A stretch of 31,306 bases of DNA, from NCBI GenBank assembly GCA_019057865.1, contig JAHLWP010000041.1:1-31306 (forward strand), read 5' to 3'. Made by a program: the position numbers and the translations under genes. Below the pieces are notes generated by a model that worked only from the letters and a program-made list of their open reading frames with translations, did not search any database and was not told the DNA's origin. Position 1 is the stretch's first letter. Each line of letters starts with the position of its first letter. This document shows, piece by piece, positions 1-9,985 of the stretch. The DNA comes from Promethearchaeota archaeon. GTDB lineage: Archaea; Asgardarchaeota; Lokiarchaeia; Sigyniarchaeales; SOKP01.

Positions 1-75
1 AGTGCGTTTGACTAAAAGTTTATTTTTCACCATGACCTAAAAGGTATTATACCCTAATATTGAGGTTTTTAAATA

Positions 76-3000
76 ATGAGAATAAGGAAAATTGTAGCAA
101 TTAATATAATATTGGTAATCCTCTTACCAACAGTCTTTTTTCCGATTAATGGTACTATGGAAATTCCAAAAGTAGGAGATACTAAAACTGAATCAGACGT
201 TTCGAGACGAAATACGAAATCATCTAAACATATATATGCACCCAATTTAAATACAGAATTAAAGGTTGAATTTAAAAATGGCACATCACTGTTAATGTCA
301 ATTGATAATGATGGAAAAACTAAGAAAATTTTGGAAAGCAGTTCACAGAATCCTAAAACTAATAATGATAATTTAATAATTAACAAAGATAAACCAAAAA
401 TTAGTATTGATCCTCCTCAAATGAGTGGAGGACCTGTGTATGCAACCGCTACATGTGATCATTTCAATATATATGATGGATTCTATTTTTTCTTTGTAGT
501 TGAAACAGCATGGCAAGAACGTTGGGATCACGATTATTTAATAGCAGTTGAGTTCTTAATAATTTTAGATTCTGACACTCTTTTTGAATATTCTGATACA
601 TTTGATTGGTTTTGGGATGCTGTTTATAGGGTTGAAGTTACTGTATGGGATTATTCAATACCTTCTAGTTGGGGAGGTAGGTTCTACTATGGATATTGTG
701 GGGGGTTAGATGATGATGGAGTTGATTTAGACCCGTTTGATGGCGCATCAGATTGGGATGATGACTCAGTCCAAGGTTTTTGTACGCCTATTCCGGTTCC
801 AATACCACCGATATTTCCACCAAGCGAAGACCCCGATTTTGATATGGGTGTAGATTATCCTGAAGAAGGTGAATTACCTCCTTGGATGGCATGGAAGGGG
901 CAAAATTATCACATGAGTTTTGAACTCACCAACACTTTAGATGAAGTTATGTATTATGCTGAGGATTGGGAGGAAAGACAGCTTGCACCTAGTGAAACAG
1001 ATTGGCAAGATTTTGGAGATGCCCCAGGAACTTCTCCCGTAGAAGAACCAAATTTAGATTATATGCCAGCTGATAGCACACTTGTAGTAGAATCTCCAAT
1101 AATCAATCATAATTGGGAGTGGTTTTACTACCTCTTAGGTGAATTTGAGGGTGTAGTTGAAGTTCTTGTCCCTGTACCTCCACTTTGGTTCGAATTTGGA
1201 GAAAAAGAACGAACTTATGAATATAAATTTTCAATCGATCAACTAGACGAATATGGGAATATTATTGAAGCTGATGTGAACTCTATTACACTTCAAACTA
1301 CAGTGAGAGTACACCCATCAAATATAGGAATATATCACGCTGCATATTCATTATCCTTTGTAGGCTTCGATTTAAAACTTGCTGGTTGGGCTCTATTATT
1401 AACCCCAGAACCAACAGGAATTACTAAGGCTGTTGGACTTGGATTACAAGCAGCTGGTGCTGCAATTCAAGGGGTTGCAAAAATGATGGCAGATTCAGTC
1501 AAAGATCCTCCCGATCCAGAATATAATGAGATTTACATTCCACGTGATATAATTTATGAATATGATGTAATTGATGACCCTTTAGTACACGCAACAAATG
1601 ATCTTATTAAAGACTCTATTAACTCTCTTGAACTATCTGAAGCTTTTGATATAACTTCTGACAGATTTGAGACTGCTAAATTTTTGGGAGATACAGACGT
1701 TATGAAACTCCAAGCTGAAGCAAATCGTATTTTTAGCGAAGATTTAAATGAAAAAATACTAGATATGACAAATTCCATCAATGAATTAAAAAATAAAGCT
1801 GAAGAAGAAGGAATATCTTTAGACAAAACTGCTGAAGAAGCAAATGAAATTTTAGATGAAATTACTACAAATGGATTCCCTCAAGATTTAATAGATGATC
1901 TTAGCCAACTTGGTTTTACTGATGAAGATTTTGATTTAGTCGAAAATGAAATTACTTCAATAACAATAGAAGAAGATGTAACAGGGCAAATGATTGATGA
2001 TTTTATATCAGTTGATTCAAAAGATTTAATTGAATCAGTAGAAGACGTTTCTAATAACCAAGTCTATGAATCATATGAAGCAGACAATAAATATAAAGAG
2101 ATGGAATGGAATAGACTCATAGAAGCTGCTGAAGGTGTGAAATTTTGGGCACAAAGATTGAAAAAAATAAGTGAAACAGATCAAGGGTGGGCTAATGATT
2201 TTAAAATTAAATTAAACAGAGCTATCGATAATGGTCAAGCAGATTTGTCTAGCTTTAGAAGTACTTTAATCCCACGTCCAGGACAATTAAAAAGTAAGTT
2301 AATAGAAATAAGAACTGGTCTAGAAACCCTAGATACATTAGTAACAACAGAAATTTTAAGAGATACTTTTACAAAAAGTCATTTTGAACAACTTTCTATA
2401 ATGATTGATAACTTTGTAGAATTATATATTAATAGCAAGATTTCATACTGTGATTATATTACGGATGAAGCCACTACAGGGTCATTAATTACTGCGATTA
2501 ACAGTTATATCACACTACTTGATGATTTAATTTTCACTAGTGATACCTATAGTTCAAGTGCTGATCAAATCTCAGATTTAGCAAAAAATGAAAAAGATTT
2601 AGTAATAACCGAAGCTACCACTGCAGATTTAAATGAATTAATTTTCTTAAATTCAAGTGCTTATCTTGCAATTGAAGAAGGAAATTGGGACGATGCTAGA
2701 ACCTACGCTAACTCCTTAATTCAAAAAGCTTTAGATGTTTTAGATTATACTTCAAATTACAAATATTTAAAATTTTTATATTCTGGAAGAGAAGCTTTGC
2801 GAATTATTGAAGAGGCAATAGAATTTATAATTTCACTAGAACCAATTTTGAATAATGTTGAACCAGGATATACAGTAGAATACATATTAAATATCGAAAA
2901 TACTGGAACTGCTTCTGATATTTACGCAATAACTTTAATGGATAATGAATTTCCAGGAGTTATAGAATTAACTCAAAATGAAATCGCTCTAGAACCTGGG

Positions 3001-4182
3001 GAAATTGGACAAATTAGTATTTTCGTTACACCTCAACGGCATTATTCTACTGAACCAGGTATTTATGATTTCACTATTACTGCTCAATCATTAGGTGACA
3101 TTCTCGAAATAAAAGAAATTCAAGGTAAAATAAATGTAACCGCTTTTCATGATATTCAAATACATGTCGAACCAGAATTTTTAGAAGGATACCCCGGAGA
3201 TCAAATCTCTTATAATATTTTTGTTCAAAATCTAGGAAATATTCAAGAGAGCTATACCATTTCATTTGAAGGTCTTGATTTCAATGGAGCATATGAGGCT
3301 TATCCTACATTAATTCCGAATGCATGGGTTGACATCTTACCGAATGTATTAACTCTGAACCCTGCAGAAATTCAAACAGTAGAAATAATAATATCAATAC
3401 CCCTTAACTGGTCAGGATTCGAGGTAAGCACATACAAATTCTTAGCTATTGCTACTTGTGATTTAGATCCTAATACTGAAGCTTCATCTTTGGGTGAATT
3501 AGCAATTAAAAGCACATTTACCAGCTCGACGTATTATGTTGATTGGCTATTAGGTGAAATAAATGAATATATTTATAGCAATTCTATAGTTGCTCTTTAT
3601 GGGGTCGTTACTCAAAAAATAGTTAAGATACAAAATCTTGTATGGGAAGCATATGAACTTATTGAAAATGGGTATCTTCACACTGGATTAGTACGTGATA
3701 AATTAGCAGAGATTAAATTAGAAATTGCTGAAAGTAAAGTAGAGCTTATGAATAATAAATTATTAGTTGGTGAGGAACATACTGAATATATTTTAACTTT
3801 AGTACATGATGCTAGAAACAAAATTATCATTTTAATGGGATTAAGTGACGGAACTGAATTTAGTTATGAAATTTCACTTGTAGCGGTTGATGTATACAAG
3901 TTAAGAGATTTTGTTGAAGAAAATATCTTGGCAACAGATTCAGAAAATCTAGTAAATGCAATTACATTAACAGCAGAAAAACTTGAGAAAGTAATTTTTG
4001 ATATTTCATTGGATAAATCTACAGAAGAATCGTTAATATCAGCACAAAATGCATTAGATAAGGCGAGAGTCGAAGTTGTAGCTTTAGCACGAAAAGGAAA
4101 AATCTCAGAAGAATTGATGTCAACACTAATGATAGAAATAATCTTAATACAAGCGAAAATAGATTTATTAATACAATTCTAA
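76..4182 (+). CDS. Large secreted/surface protein (1368 aa): signal peptide, acidic N-region, Gly/Ala hydrophobic hairpin + DPPDP motif, helical region, two Ig-like (NEW3/CARDB-like) domains, helical C-terminus
   Basis: Long ORF. N-terminal basic + hydrophobic signal (MRIRKIVAINIILVILLP). Two Ig-like units VEPGYTVEYILNIENTGTASDIY and GYPGDQISYNIFVQNLGNIQESY. No C-terminal TM anchor. Confidence 0.75.
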   Translation: MRIRKIVAINIILVILLPTVFFPINGTMEIPKVGDTKTESDVSRRNTKSSKHIYAPNLNTELKVEFKNGTSLLMSIDNDGKTKKILESSSQNPKTNNDNLIINKDKPKISIDPPQMSGGPVYATATCDHFNIYDGFYFFFVVETAWQERWDHDYLIAVEFLIILDSDTLFEYSDTFDWFWDAVYRVEVTVWDYSIPSSWGGRFYYGYCGGLDDDGVDLDPFDGASDWDDDSVQGFCTPIPVPIPPIFPPSEDPDFDMGVDYPEEGELPPWMAWKGQNYHMSFELTNTLDEVMYYAEDWEERQLAPSETDWQDFGDAPGTSPVEEPNLDYMPADSTLVVESPIINHNWEWFYYLLGEFEGVVEVLVPVPPLWFEFGEKERTYEYKFSIDQLDEYGNIIEADVNSITLQTTVRVHPSNIGIYHAAYSLSFVGFDLKLAGWALLLTPEPTGITKAVGLGLQAAGAAIQGVAKMMADSVKDPPDPEYNEIYIPRDIIYEYDVIDDPLVHATNDLIKDSINSLELSEAFDITSDRFETAKFLGDTDVMKLQAEANRIFSEDLNEKILDMTNSINELKNKAEEEGISLDKTAEEANEILDEITTNGFPQDLIDDLSQLGFTDEDFDLVENEITSITIEEDVTGQMIDDFISVDSKDLIESVEDVSNNQVYESYEADNKYKEMEWNRLIEAAEGVKFWAQRLKKISETDQGWANDFKIKLNRAIDNGQADLSSFRSTLIPRPGQLKSKLIEIRTGLETLDTLVTTEILRDTFTKSHFEQLSIMIDNFVELYINSKISYCDYITDEATTGSLITAINSYITLLDDLIFTSDTYSSSADQISDLAKNEKDLVITEATTADLNELIFLNSSAYLAIEEGNWDDARTYANSLIQKALDVLDYTSNYKYLKFLYSGREALRIIEEAIEFIISLEPILNNVEPGYTVEYILNIENTGTASDIYAITLMDNEFPGVIELTQNEIALEPGEIGQISIFVTPQRHYSTEPGIYDFTITAQSLGDILEIKEIQGKINVTAFHDIQIHVEPEFLEGYPGDQISYNIFVQNLGNIQESYTISFEGLDFNGAYEAYPTLIPNAWVDILPNVLTLNPAEIQTVEIIISIPLNWSGFEVSTYKFLAIATCDLDPNTEASSLGELAIKSTFTSSTYYVDWLLGEINEYIYSNSIVALYGVVTQKIVKIQNLVWEAYELIENGYLHTGLVRDKLAEIKLEIAESKVELMNNKLLVGEEHTEYILTLVHDARNKIIILMGLSDGTEFSYEISLVAVDVYKLRDFVEENILATDSENLVNAITLTAEKLEKVIFDISLDKSTEESLISAQNALDKARVEVVALARKGKISEELMSTLMIEIILIQAKIDLLIQF

Positions 4183-4187
4183 TTATA

Positions 4188-4201
4188 TTTTTTTTTTTTT
4201 T
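4188..4201 (+). terminator. Oligo-T tract, probable archaeal intrinsic terminator
   Basis: T14 run starting 6 nt after the stop codon of the 1368-aa gene. Confidence 0.5.
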
Positions 4202-4215
4202 GATTATTGTTTTGA

Positions 4216-7200
4216 GTGAGTATTAAATTGACGATGAAAGATAAAATATTGAAAAAATTGTTTTTACTGTTAATCTTATTTAATTCAGTTATATTTATTT
4301 TGATTTATAATCAATATTTCTATAACAATAATAGTTTTAATAGAAATTCTAACCAAGTTTATAATGAAAATGAAAATTTTTTACGATCATCATTCACTCT
4401 CACATTTACCGAAACTTTTAAAACTCAAACTTATAGAAATGAATCTATTACAAACTCAACAGGATGGGGAAAAGATTACTTATCTTTACCACATCAAGAA
4501 ATAATCAATCTTTCAAATTATGATTACAACTTTGATGTAATTAATTCTATTAAATCTGAAGGTAATTTACTATTTTTGGCAGATAATTCATTTGGACTAA
4601 AAGTACTAAATATCTCAAATCCAACGACTCCAACCTTAGTATCACAATACGGTGATACATATAATAGCACTCTTGATATTGCTATCCAAGGTAAATTTGC
4701 GTATATTGCAGATGGGATAGATGGTATGGAAATCATTGACATATCGAATCCAGTCTCTTTGCAAAAGATAGGTAATTGGAGTAATGGTCATAATGTTACT
4801 AATATTTTGATATCAGATAGTTTAGCATTTTTATCCATCCAAGACTTCGGAATTGAGATTTTAAATATATCAAAACCACAATCCCTTATCAGAGTAGGAA
4901 ACTGGTCGAATGCTAGAAGTCTTTGTAATATTGTTGTTAAAGATCATTATTTATTCGTTGCCAGTGAAAATTTTAAATTAGAGATATTGGATTTCTCAGA
5001 TTTAAATAATATAATAAAGGTTGGTGAATTTCCTATTATAAACAAACCCTACCAAATCCGACTTAAGGATGATTATGTTTATATAGCGAATGGAATTGAA
5101 GGATTAAAAGTAATAGATGTAAAAGACGTTTCCAATCCTAGATTAATTAGCACATCTAACCAAGATGGTTCAATAACAAATATTTTAATCAAAGAACACT
5201 ATGCATTTTTGGCAAATAATACTTATGGATTAAGCATTGTTGATATATTAAACCCTTTCAATCCAAAATTGACCTATCATTGGGATATTAATGAAAAAAT
5301 TACATCCATCGAAGTATACGGAGATTATATTTATCTAGGGTATGAATCCAGAGGATTAGAAATTTTAGGATTTTCGGAATTTATAACGCCAAAAGAGATT
5401 TATGAATTTTCCCCCAATATTAATGCTCAGAATGTCATTTTAGATGATGATAAAGCCTATTTATGTTTAATTGAAGACGGGATTTATGATGGTGGTTTAT
5501 TCATATTCAATATTTCAAACCCATATAATCCTCAAAATTTAGGTAATTTCTCAAAACCAGGATTCAACTTTTATGATGTAGAGATAAAAGATGAGATTTG
5601 TTTTGCTGCTACCTATGAGAATGGTTTAATTTCATTGAATATCTCAGATCCTACCAACATTAATATTTTAGATTCTATTAGTGGTTATTTACTGAATTTT
5701 TCTCAGAAAGTAGAAGTCGTTGATGATATTGCTTTTGTTGCTAATGGTTTTATTGGTCTTGATATATATAACATTTCTGATCCACTTAATATGCAACATA
5801 AAACTAACTATCCAGGTGATTTGAGTAGTGTTGGTGTTTATACAGATATTAAAATAAGAAATGATTGTGCCTTTATTGCAAAGGGTTATGAAGGGATTGA
5901 AATTTTTAATATATCAAACCTTAACAAATTTCAATCAATCTCAAATTATACAGATTCATATAATAATTCTCGAGCACTTGCATTTTGGGGAAATTATCTA
6001 TTAGTTGCGGACAGGTTTGATGGATTAGAAGTTATAGATATCTCAGATATAAGTAATCCTCAAAAAATCTCACAATATACAAATACAAATAATAGAGCCA
6101 CAAAAGTTAAAGTAGTTGATAATCTTGCGATTATATCTGATCGAGCAGATGGAATCGAAATTATAAACCTCTCAAATCCATTGAATCCTATAGAAGTGGC
6201 TTCTTACTCTGACGATTACAATAATTCATGGGGTTGTACAGCAACAAGTAGGTTTTTATATATTGCTGATGCTTATGATGGTTTAGAGGTTGTTCAATAT
6301 AAAGAACATCTATTTAATCAGTATAAAAAAACTGCTATAGCACAGTCTTTAGAAATAGATGGAACAATTGCACCTATAACTAACGCTACTATGATAATCA
6401 ATGGAGAGTTCCCCGACAATACATCTATTCAGAGTTTCCTCTCTAATGATAATGGGAATAATTGGGATCCAGTAATCAATAACACTCTTCATAACTTTGG
6501 TACTATAGGGTCAGAATTAATGTGGAGAGTAATAATTTCAACGAATAATGATTTAGTATCACCTAAAATATTTAACATCATGATTAACTATTCTTCTGCT
6601 ATTAACACTCCTCCAATAATTCTCAATCCAAATGAACTTCAGAACTTAGCAATTTGGAATCAACCAGAAGATTTTGGATTTTTTGAAATTGATTTATCAT
6701 CATATAAAGACGATAATGAGTTTATTGATGAATATTTATATTGGTCAGTCATAAATTTAGATACTTCACTTGTTTCTGTTGTTCAAGATGACGTAAATAA
6801 GGATCTCTTTAGATTCTATTCTATTGATAATATTTATGGCAATGACGAGTTCGATCTAATGCTTGAAGATGAAGCAGGAGCAAATGTTTCATTAAATATA
6901 TCTTTAAATATTTATAGTGTTAATGACGCCCCATCCTTTATCGAAAGCAATATTATTATACAGCAAGAGAAGACAGAAGAACTTATACATATTGAATATG
7001 AAGCTGAAGATGTGGATAACCTTCTGTCAGAATTAAATTATAGTATATATTATGGAACAGACAATAATTGGCATTTAATAATTGAAAATTATAAAGATAC
7101 GACATATACATGGAATACTAAAGATGTTCCTGAAGGTAATTATTATATAAGAATTATCGTAAGCGATGGTCTGGCTAACGAGACTTGGATATCGCCTGAA

Positions 7201-7347
7201 ATGTATTCAATTAAACACAAAGACGAAAGCCCAATTATAAATATAATCATAATAATATCAAGTATAGGTGGGGGAATAGGATTGAGCGTTTTCATAGCAT
7301 TATATATCAGAGCAAGGAAAAGGAAAAAAGAAATTCCTTCTAATTAA
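4216..7347 (+). CDS. LVIVD-repeat (double beta-propeller) cell-surface glycoprotein with cadherin-like domain and C-terminal membrane anchor; ATG at 4234 is a likely start
   Basis: 14 repeats of the type YLxVADxxxGLEIIDISxPxxP. NTPP...VNDAP cadherin/Ig-like segment. Many NxS/T sequons. N-terminal hydrophobic segment. C-terminal TM followed by RARKRKK. Confidence 0.88.
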   Translation: MSIKLTMKDKILKKLFLLLILFNSVIFILIYNQYFYNNNSFNRNSNQVYNENENFLRSSFTLTFTETFKTQTYRNESITNSTGWGKDYLSLPHQEIINLSNYDYNFDVINSIKSEGNLLFLADNSFGLKVLNISNPTTPTLVSQYGDTYNSTLDIAIQGKFAYIADGIDGMEIIDISNPVSLQKIGNWSNGHNVTNILISDSLAFLSIQDFGIEILNISKPQSLIRVGNWSNARSLCNIVVKDHYLFVASENFKLEILDFSDLNNIIKVGEFPIINKPYQIRLKDDYVYIANGIEGLKVIDVKDVSNPRLISTSNQDGSITNILIKEHYAFLANNTYGLSIVDILNPFNPKLTYHWDINEKITSIEVYGDYIYLGYESRGLEILGFSEFITPKEIYEFSPNINAQNVILDDDKAYLCLIEDGIYDGGLFIFNISNPYNPQNLGNFSKPGFNFYDVEIKDEICFAATYENGLISLNISDPTNINILDSISGYLLNFSQKVEVVDDIAFVANGFIGLDIYNISDPLNMQHKTNYPGDLSSVGVYTDIKIRNDCAFIAKGYEGIEIFNISNLNKFQSISNYTDSYNNSRALAFWGNYLLVADRFDGLEVIDISDISNPQKISQYTNTNNRATKVKVVDNLAIISDRADGIEIINLSNPLNPIEVASYSDDYNNSWGCTATSRFLYIADAYDGLEVVQYKEHLFNQYKKTAIAQSLEIDGTIAPITNATMIINGEFPDNTSIQSFLSNDNGNNWDPVINNTLHNFGTIGSELMWRVIISTNNDLVSPKIFNIMINYSSAINTPPIILNPNELQNLAIWNQPEDFGFFEIDLSSYKDDNEFIDEYLYWSVINLDTSLVSVVQDDVNKDLFRFYSIDNIYGNDEFDLMLEDEAGANVSLNISLNIYSVNDAPSFIESNIIIQQEKTEELIHIEYEAEDVDNLLSELNYSIYYGTDNNWHLIIENYKDTTYTWNTKDVPEGNYYIRIIVSDGLANETWISPEMYSIKHKDESPIINIIIIISSIGGGIGLSVFIALYIRARKRKKEIPSN

Positions 7348-7406
7348 TAATATTAATGAGACATTACATGTTTTTTTTATATATTAGAATTAACTGCTAA
7401 TTTTAA

Positions 7407-7658
7407 ACAAAATATAATCCTGAAGGAAACTATTCTATAAAAATTGTCGTAAGTGATGGAATTGATAATAGTATTTGGATTTCATCTCAAAAATATTCCA
7501 TAACGCATCTAGATTCACACATAAATATTATTCCGTCAATAATTATAATAACAATAATAGCAACAGGAGTAAGTTTAGGTTTATTTATTATACGAAAGCA
7601 TAGATTAAAGAATAAAATCAGAAATCCAGAAAAGATAGGATTTAATGAAAGTATTTGA
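7407..7658 (+). pseudogene. Start-less orphan C-terminal fragment paralogous to the end of the LVIVD protein (last beta-strands + TM + basic tail)
   Basis: Manual translation TKYNPEGNYSIKIVVSDGIDNSIWISSQKYSITHLDSHINIIPSIIIITIIATGVSLGLFIIRKHRLK...* aligns to TKDVPEGNYYIRIIVSDGLANETWISPEMYSIKH.... In-frame TAA at 7404-7406 and no start codon. Confidence 0.85.
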
Positions 7659-7795
7659 TAATGAATAAAAAATATTATTGTTTTTTTACTTTAAGACTTA
7701 AATACTCGAAAATCTTATGAATTGAATCATAAATTTTAAATTTACTTTCTACCAAGGAATTTTTGTAATATTCAAAATCTCAGTTTCTAATTATA

Positions 7796-8209
7796 TTATT
7801 GTGATTGCTTTTCTGAACCTTTTTTTCTAATATAATAAGTTAAAATAATTGTGTAAAATGAAGTTCCTGGCAAATATACACTAATAATTAGATTTTGAAT
7901 AGAATAATCTCTTGATAATATGATACTTCCTAAAATTAAAGAGATTAATCCTACCGAAATCATAAAAACCATAAAAATAATATAGAATCTGTTATGATTT
8001 ATGAACCAAGATGAATTTTTTTCTAACTCTTCGAGCATACTCCAAGTAATTAAAAGAGGTAATGGAAAAACACCTATTATAGCAGGGATCCAAAGGAGAA
8101 TCGAATCATTTCCAAAAATAAATACTATGAAAAAAGCAGAAGAAATAACAAAAACAACTAAAACAATAGCAAGATATTTTAATCTTCTATAAAATTTTAA
8201 TTTTTTCAA
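7796..8209 (-). CDS. Hypothetical 4-TM membrane protein
   Basis: 137-aa ORF with four hydrophobic segments and basic termini. Confidence 0.65.
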   Translation of the reverse strand: MKKLKFYRRLKYLAIVLVVFVISSAFFIVFIFGNDSILLWIPAIIGVFPLPLLITWSMLEELEKNSSWFINHNRFYIIFMVFMISVGLISLILGSIILSRDYSIQNLIISVYLPGTSFYTIILTYYIRKKGSEKQSQ

Positions 8210-8301
8210 CTTGTTTCACTATTAAATAGATCTTCTTTTTTTCTATTCTATAAAAAAGTAATATTCAATTATATGAATTTTTTAAGATAAATAAATTTTT
8301 T

Positions 8302-8823
8302 TCATTCAAGAACGACGACAACCGAATAAACTAAATTATATATATCAAACTCCGCTTGACCAACACCAACTGTTTCTATTATAATTAAATCCATTCCAAA
8401 TGCTTCATATAATAAACTTATGTCAAAAACTGCTCTTGAAATTCCACCTTTAAATCCTCGAGATGCGAGACTACGCATAAACACATTTGGATGCAATGAG
8501 ATACTAGTCATCCTGACTCTATCTCCTAAAAAGGCACCACCACTAAAAGGAGAGGTAGGATCAACACATATTACCCCAATTTTTTTTCCTTCATCCAATA
8601 ATTTTTTACAGATCACACCAGTTAAGGTACTCTTTCCAACACCAGGAGAACCAGTAATTCCAATTATATACGAATCATGTTTGATATCCTCAAAATGTTC
8701 GAAAATCTCATGTGCTTTATCTGGTTCGTTTTCTATAATTGTAATTAATCTTGCTAAGGCAATTTTATCCTTATTTTTAAAACTAGTAATCAGTGTGTTT
8801 ATGTCGTAATCCTTTTTAAAAAA
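8302..8823 (-). pseudogene. meaB: MeaB/ArgK G-protein chaperone of B12-dependent acyl-CoA mutase, truncated
   Basis: Frame is open from 8823 (ALARLITIIEN, Walker A GITGSPGVGKST, DPTSPFSGGAFLGDRVRM, IIETVGVGQAE). No ATG/GTG/TTG upstream of the P-loop. Stops at VVVVLE*, before the NKxD half. Confidence 0.85.
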
Positions 8824-8890
8824 TTAGCTACCCCATTGAAAAAATAGCAATTAAATTATAATTTGATTAAAAAAATATTGCTTAGCTTTT

Positions 8891-9288
8891 TTATCTTTTG
8901 ACATTGGTTTTAATAAATTCGATAATATCAGCTGTCATTGAGCCGGGACCATACACATTTGCCACACCTATTTCCCTTAATTTTGGAAAATCTTTTGCTG
9001 GTATAACACCACCAACTAAAATCATTATATTATCTATTACGCCACGTTCTTTTAATAAATCAATTATTTCTTGTGTATATGCAAAATGTGCTCCAGAATG
9101 TATACTTAAACCAATAACGTCAACATCTTCTTGAATAGCTGCTTCCACAATTTGGTGGACATTTTGAAAACCCTCAAAGATAAGTTCCATACCAGCATCT
9201 CTTATAGCTCTTGATACAACAATACCACCACGCCAATGTCCGTCAATACCAGGTTTTGACATTAGCACTCTTATTTTTTTTCACCCAT
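8891..9288 (-). CDS. Cobalamin-binding small subunit of an acyl-CoA (methylmalonyl-CoA-type) mutase; apparent 1-nt frameshift in an A8 run near the start
   Basis: DxHxxG motif (KPGIDGHWRG), QEDVDVIGLSIHSGAH, VGGVIP, YGPG. GAGGT RBS + ATG at 9288 reads MGEKK* unless one A is added (MGEKKIRVLMSKPG). ORF track uses GTG at 9268. Confidence 0.88.
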
Positions 9289-9304
9289 GACAATTACCTC
9301 AATT

Positions 9305-9985
9305 CTATATTGCTAATGGAGGTTCCCATATACCCCAAATTTCTCTGTAAATATCACAGATTTCGCCAACAGTCGCTCCTTCTTTTGTTGCTTCCATTAT
9401 GATTGGCATAACATTTTCTTCTTTTTCACAAACATTTCGCAATCTGTCAAGAATTTTCTCTAATTTAGCATTATTTCGCCTAGCTTTCAATTTTTCAATA
9501 CGTTGGACCTCTATCTTTATAGCTTCTTTGTTTGTGCGGAATACATCTGTAACATCATCATAAGGAACAGGATATTTATTAATTCCGAGCATAATTTCAT
9601 CCCCACTTTCAATACGCATTCTCCTTTTATGAAATGCATCTCTCATTTCCTTGTATAAAAATCCAGTTGAGAGTGCTTTATCTATTGAACCAACTTTTTG
9701 TATTTTATCGATATATTTTAATACTCTATCTTCAACCTCGTCAGTTAGCCATTCAATAAAGTATGAACCTGCAAGAGGATCTACAGTGTTATGAATTCTT
9801 GACTCATCTGATATCACTTGTTGGGTTCTTAAAGCGACGAGAGCTGCCTCTTCTGATGGTAAACAAATTGCTTCATCATAGGAGTTAGTATGTAGTGACT
9901 GACAACCTCCTAAGGTAGCACTTAATGCTTGAATTGCCGTTCTTATTATATTAACTTGTGGTAATTGTGCTATTAAAGAATACAT
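9305..9985 (-). pseudogene. C-terminal part of an acyl-CoA/methylmalonyl-CoA mutase large (substrate-binding) subunit; N-terminal part missing
   Basis: NIIRTAIQALSATLGGCQSLHTNSYDEA, ALRTQQVI, VDPLAGSYFIEWLT, ATVGEI motifs. Homology starts mid-barrel; upstream DNA is unrelated. Confidence 0.88.

Noticed and set aside
69-4742. Minus-strand ORFs 69-386, 1554-1826, 3077-3265, 4524-4742
   Set aside because: Antisense shadows of long, well-supported plus-strand genes; no motifs
8302-8304. TGA ending meaB as possible selenocysteine read-through (Lokiarchaeia use Sec)
   Set aside because: Sequence beyond the TGA has no MeaB similarity, the position is not a Cys site, and no SECIS is recognisable
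8001-9402. Plus-strand ORFs 8001-8192, 8420-8809, 8898-9134, 9211-9402
   Set aside because: Antisense to the membrane protein, meaB and mutase genes
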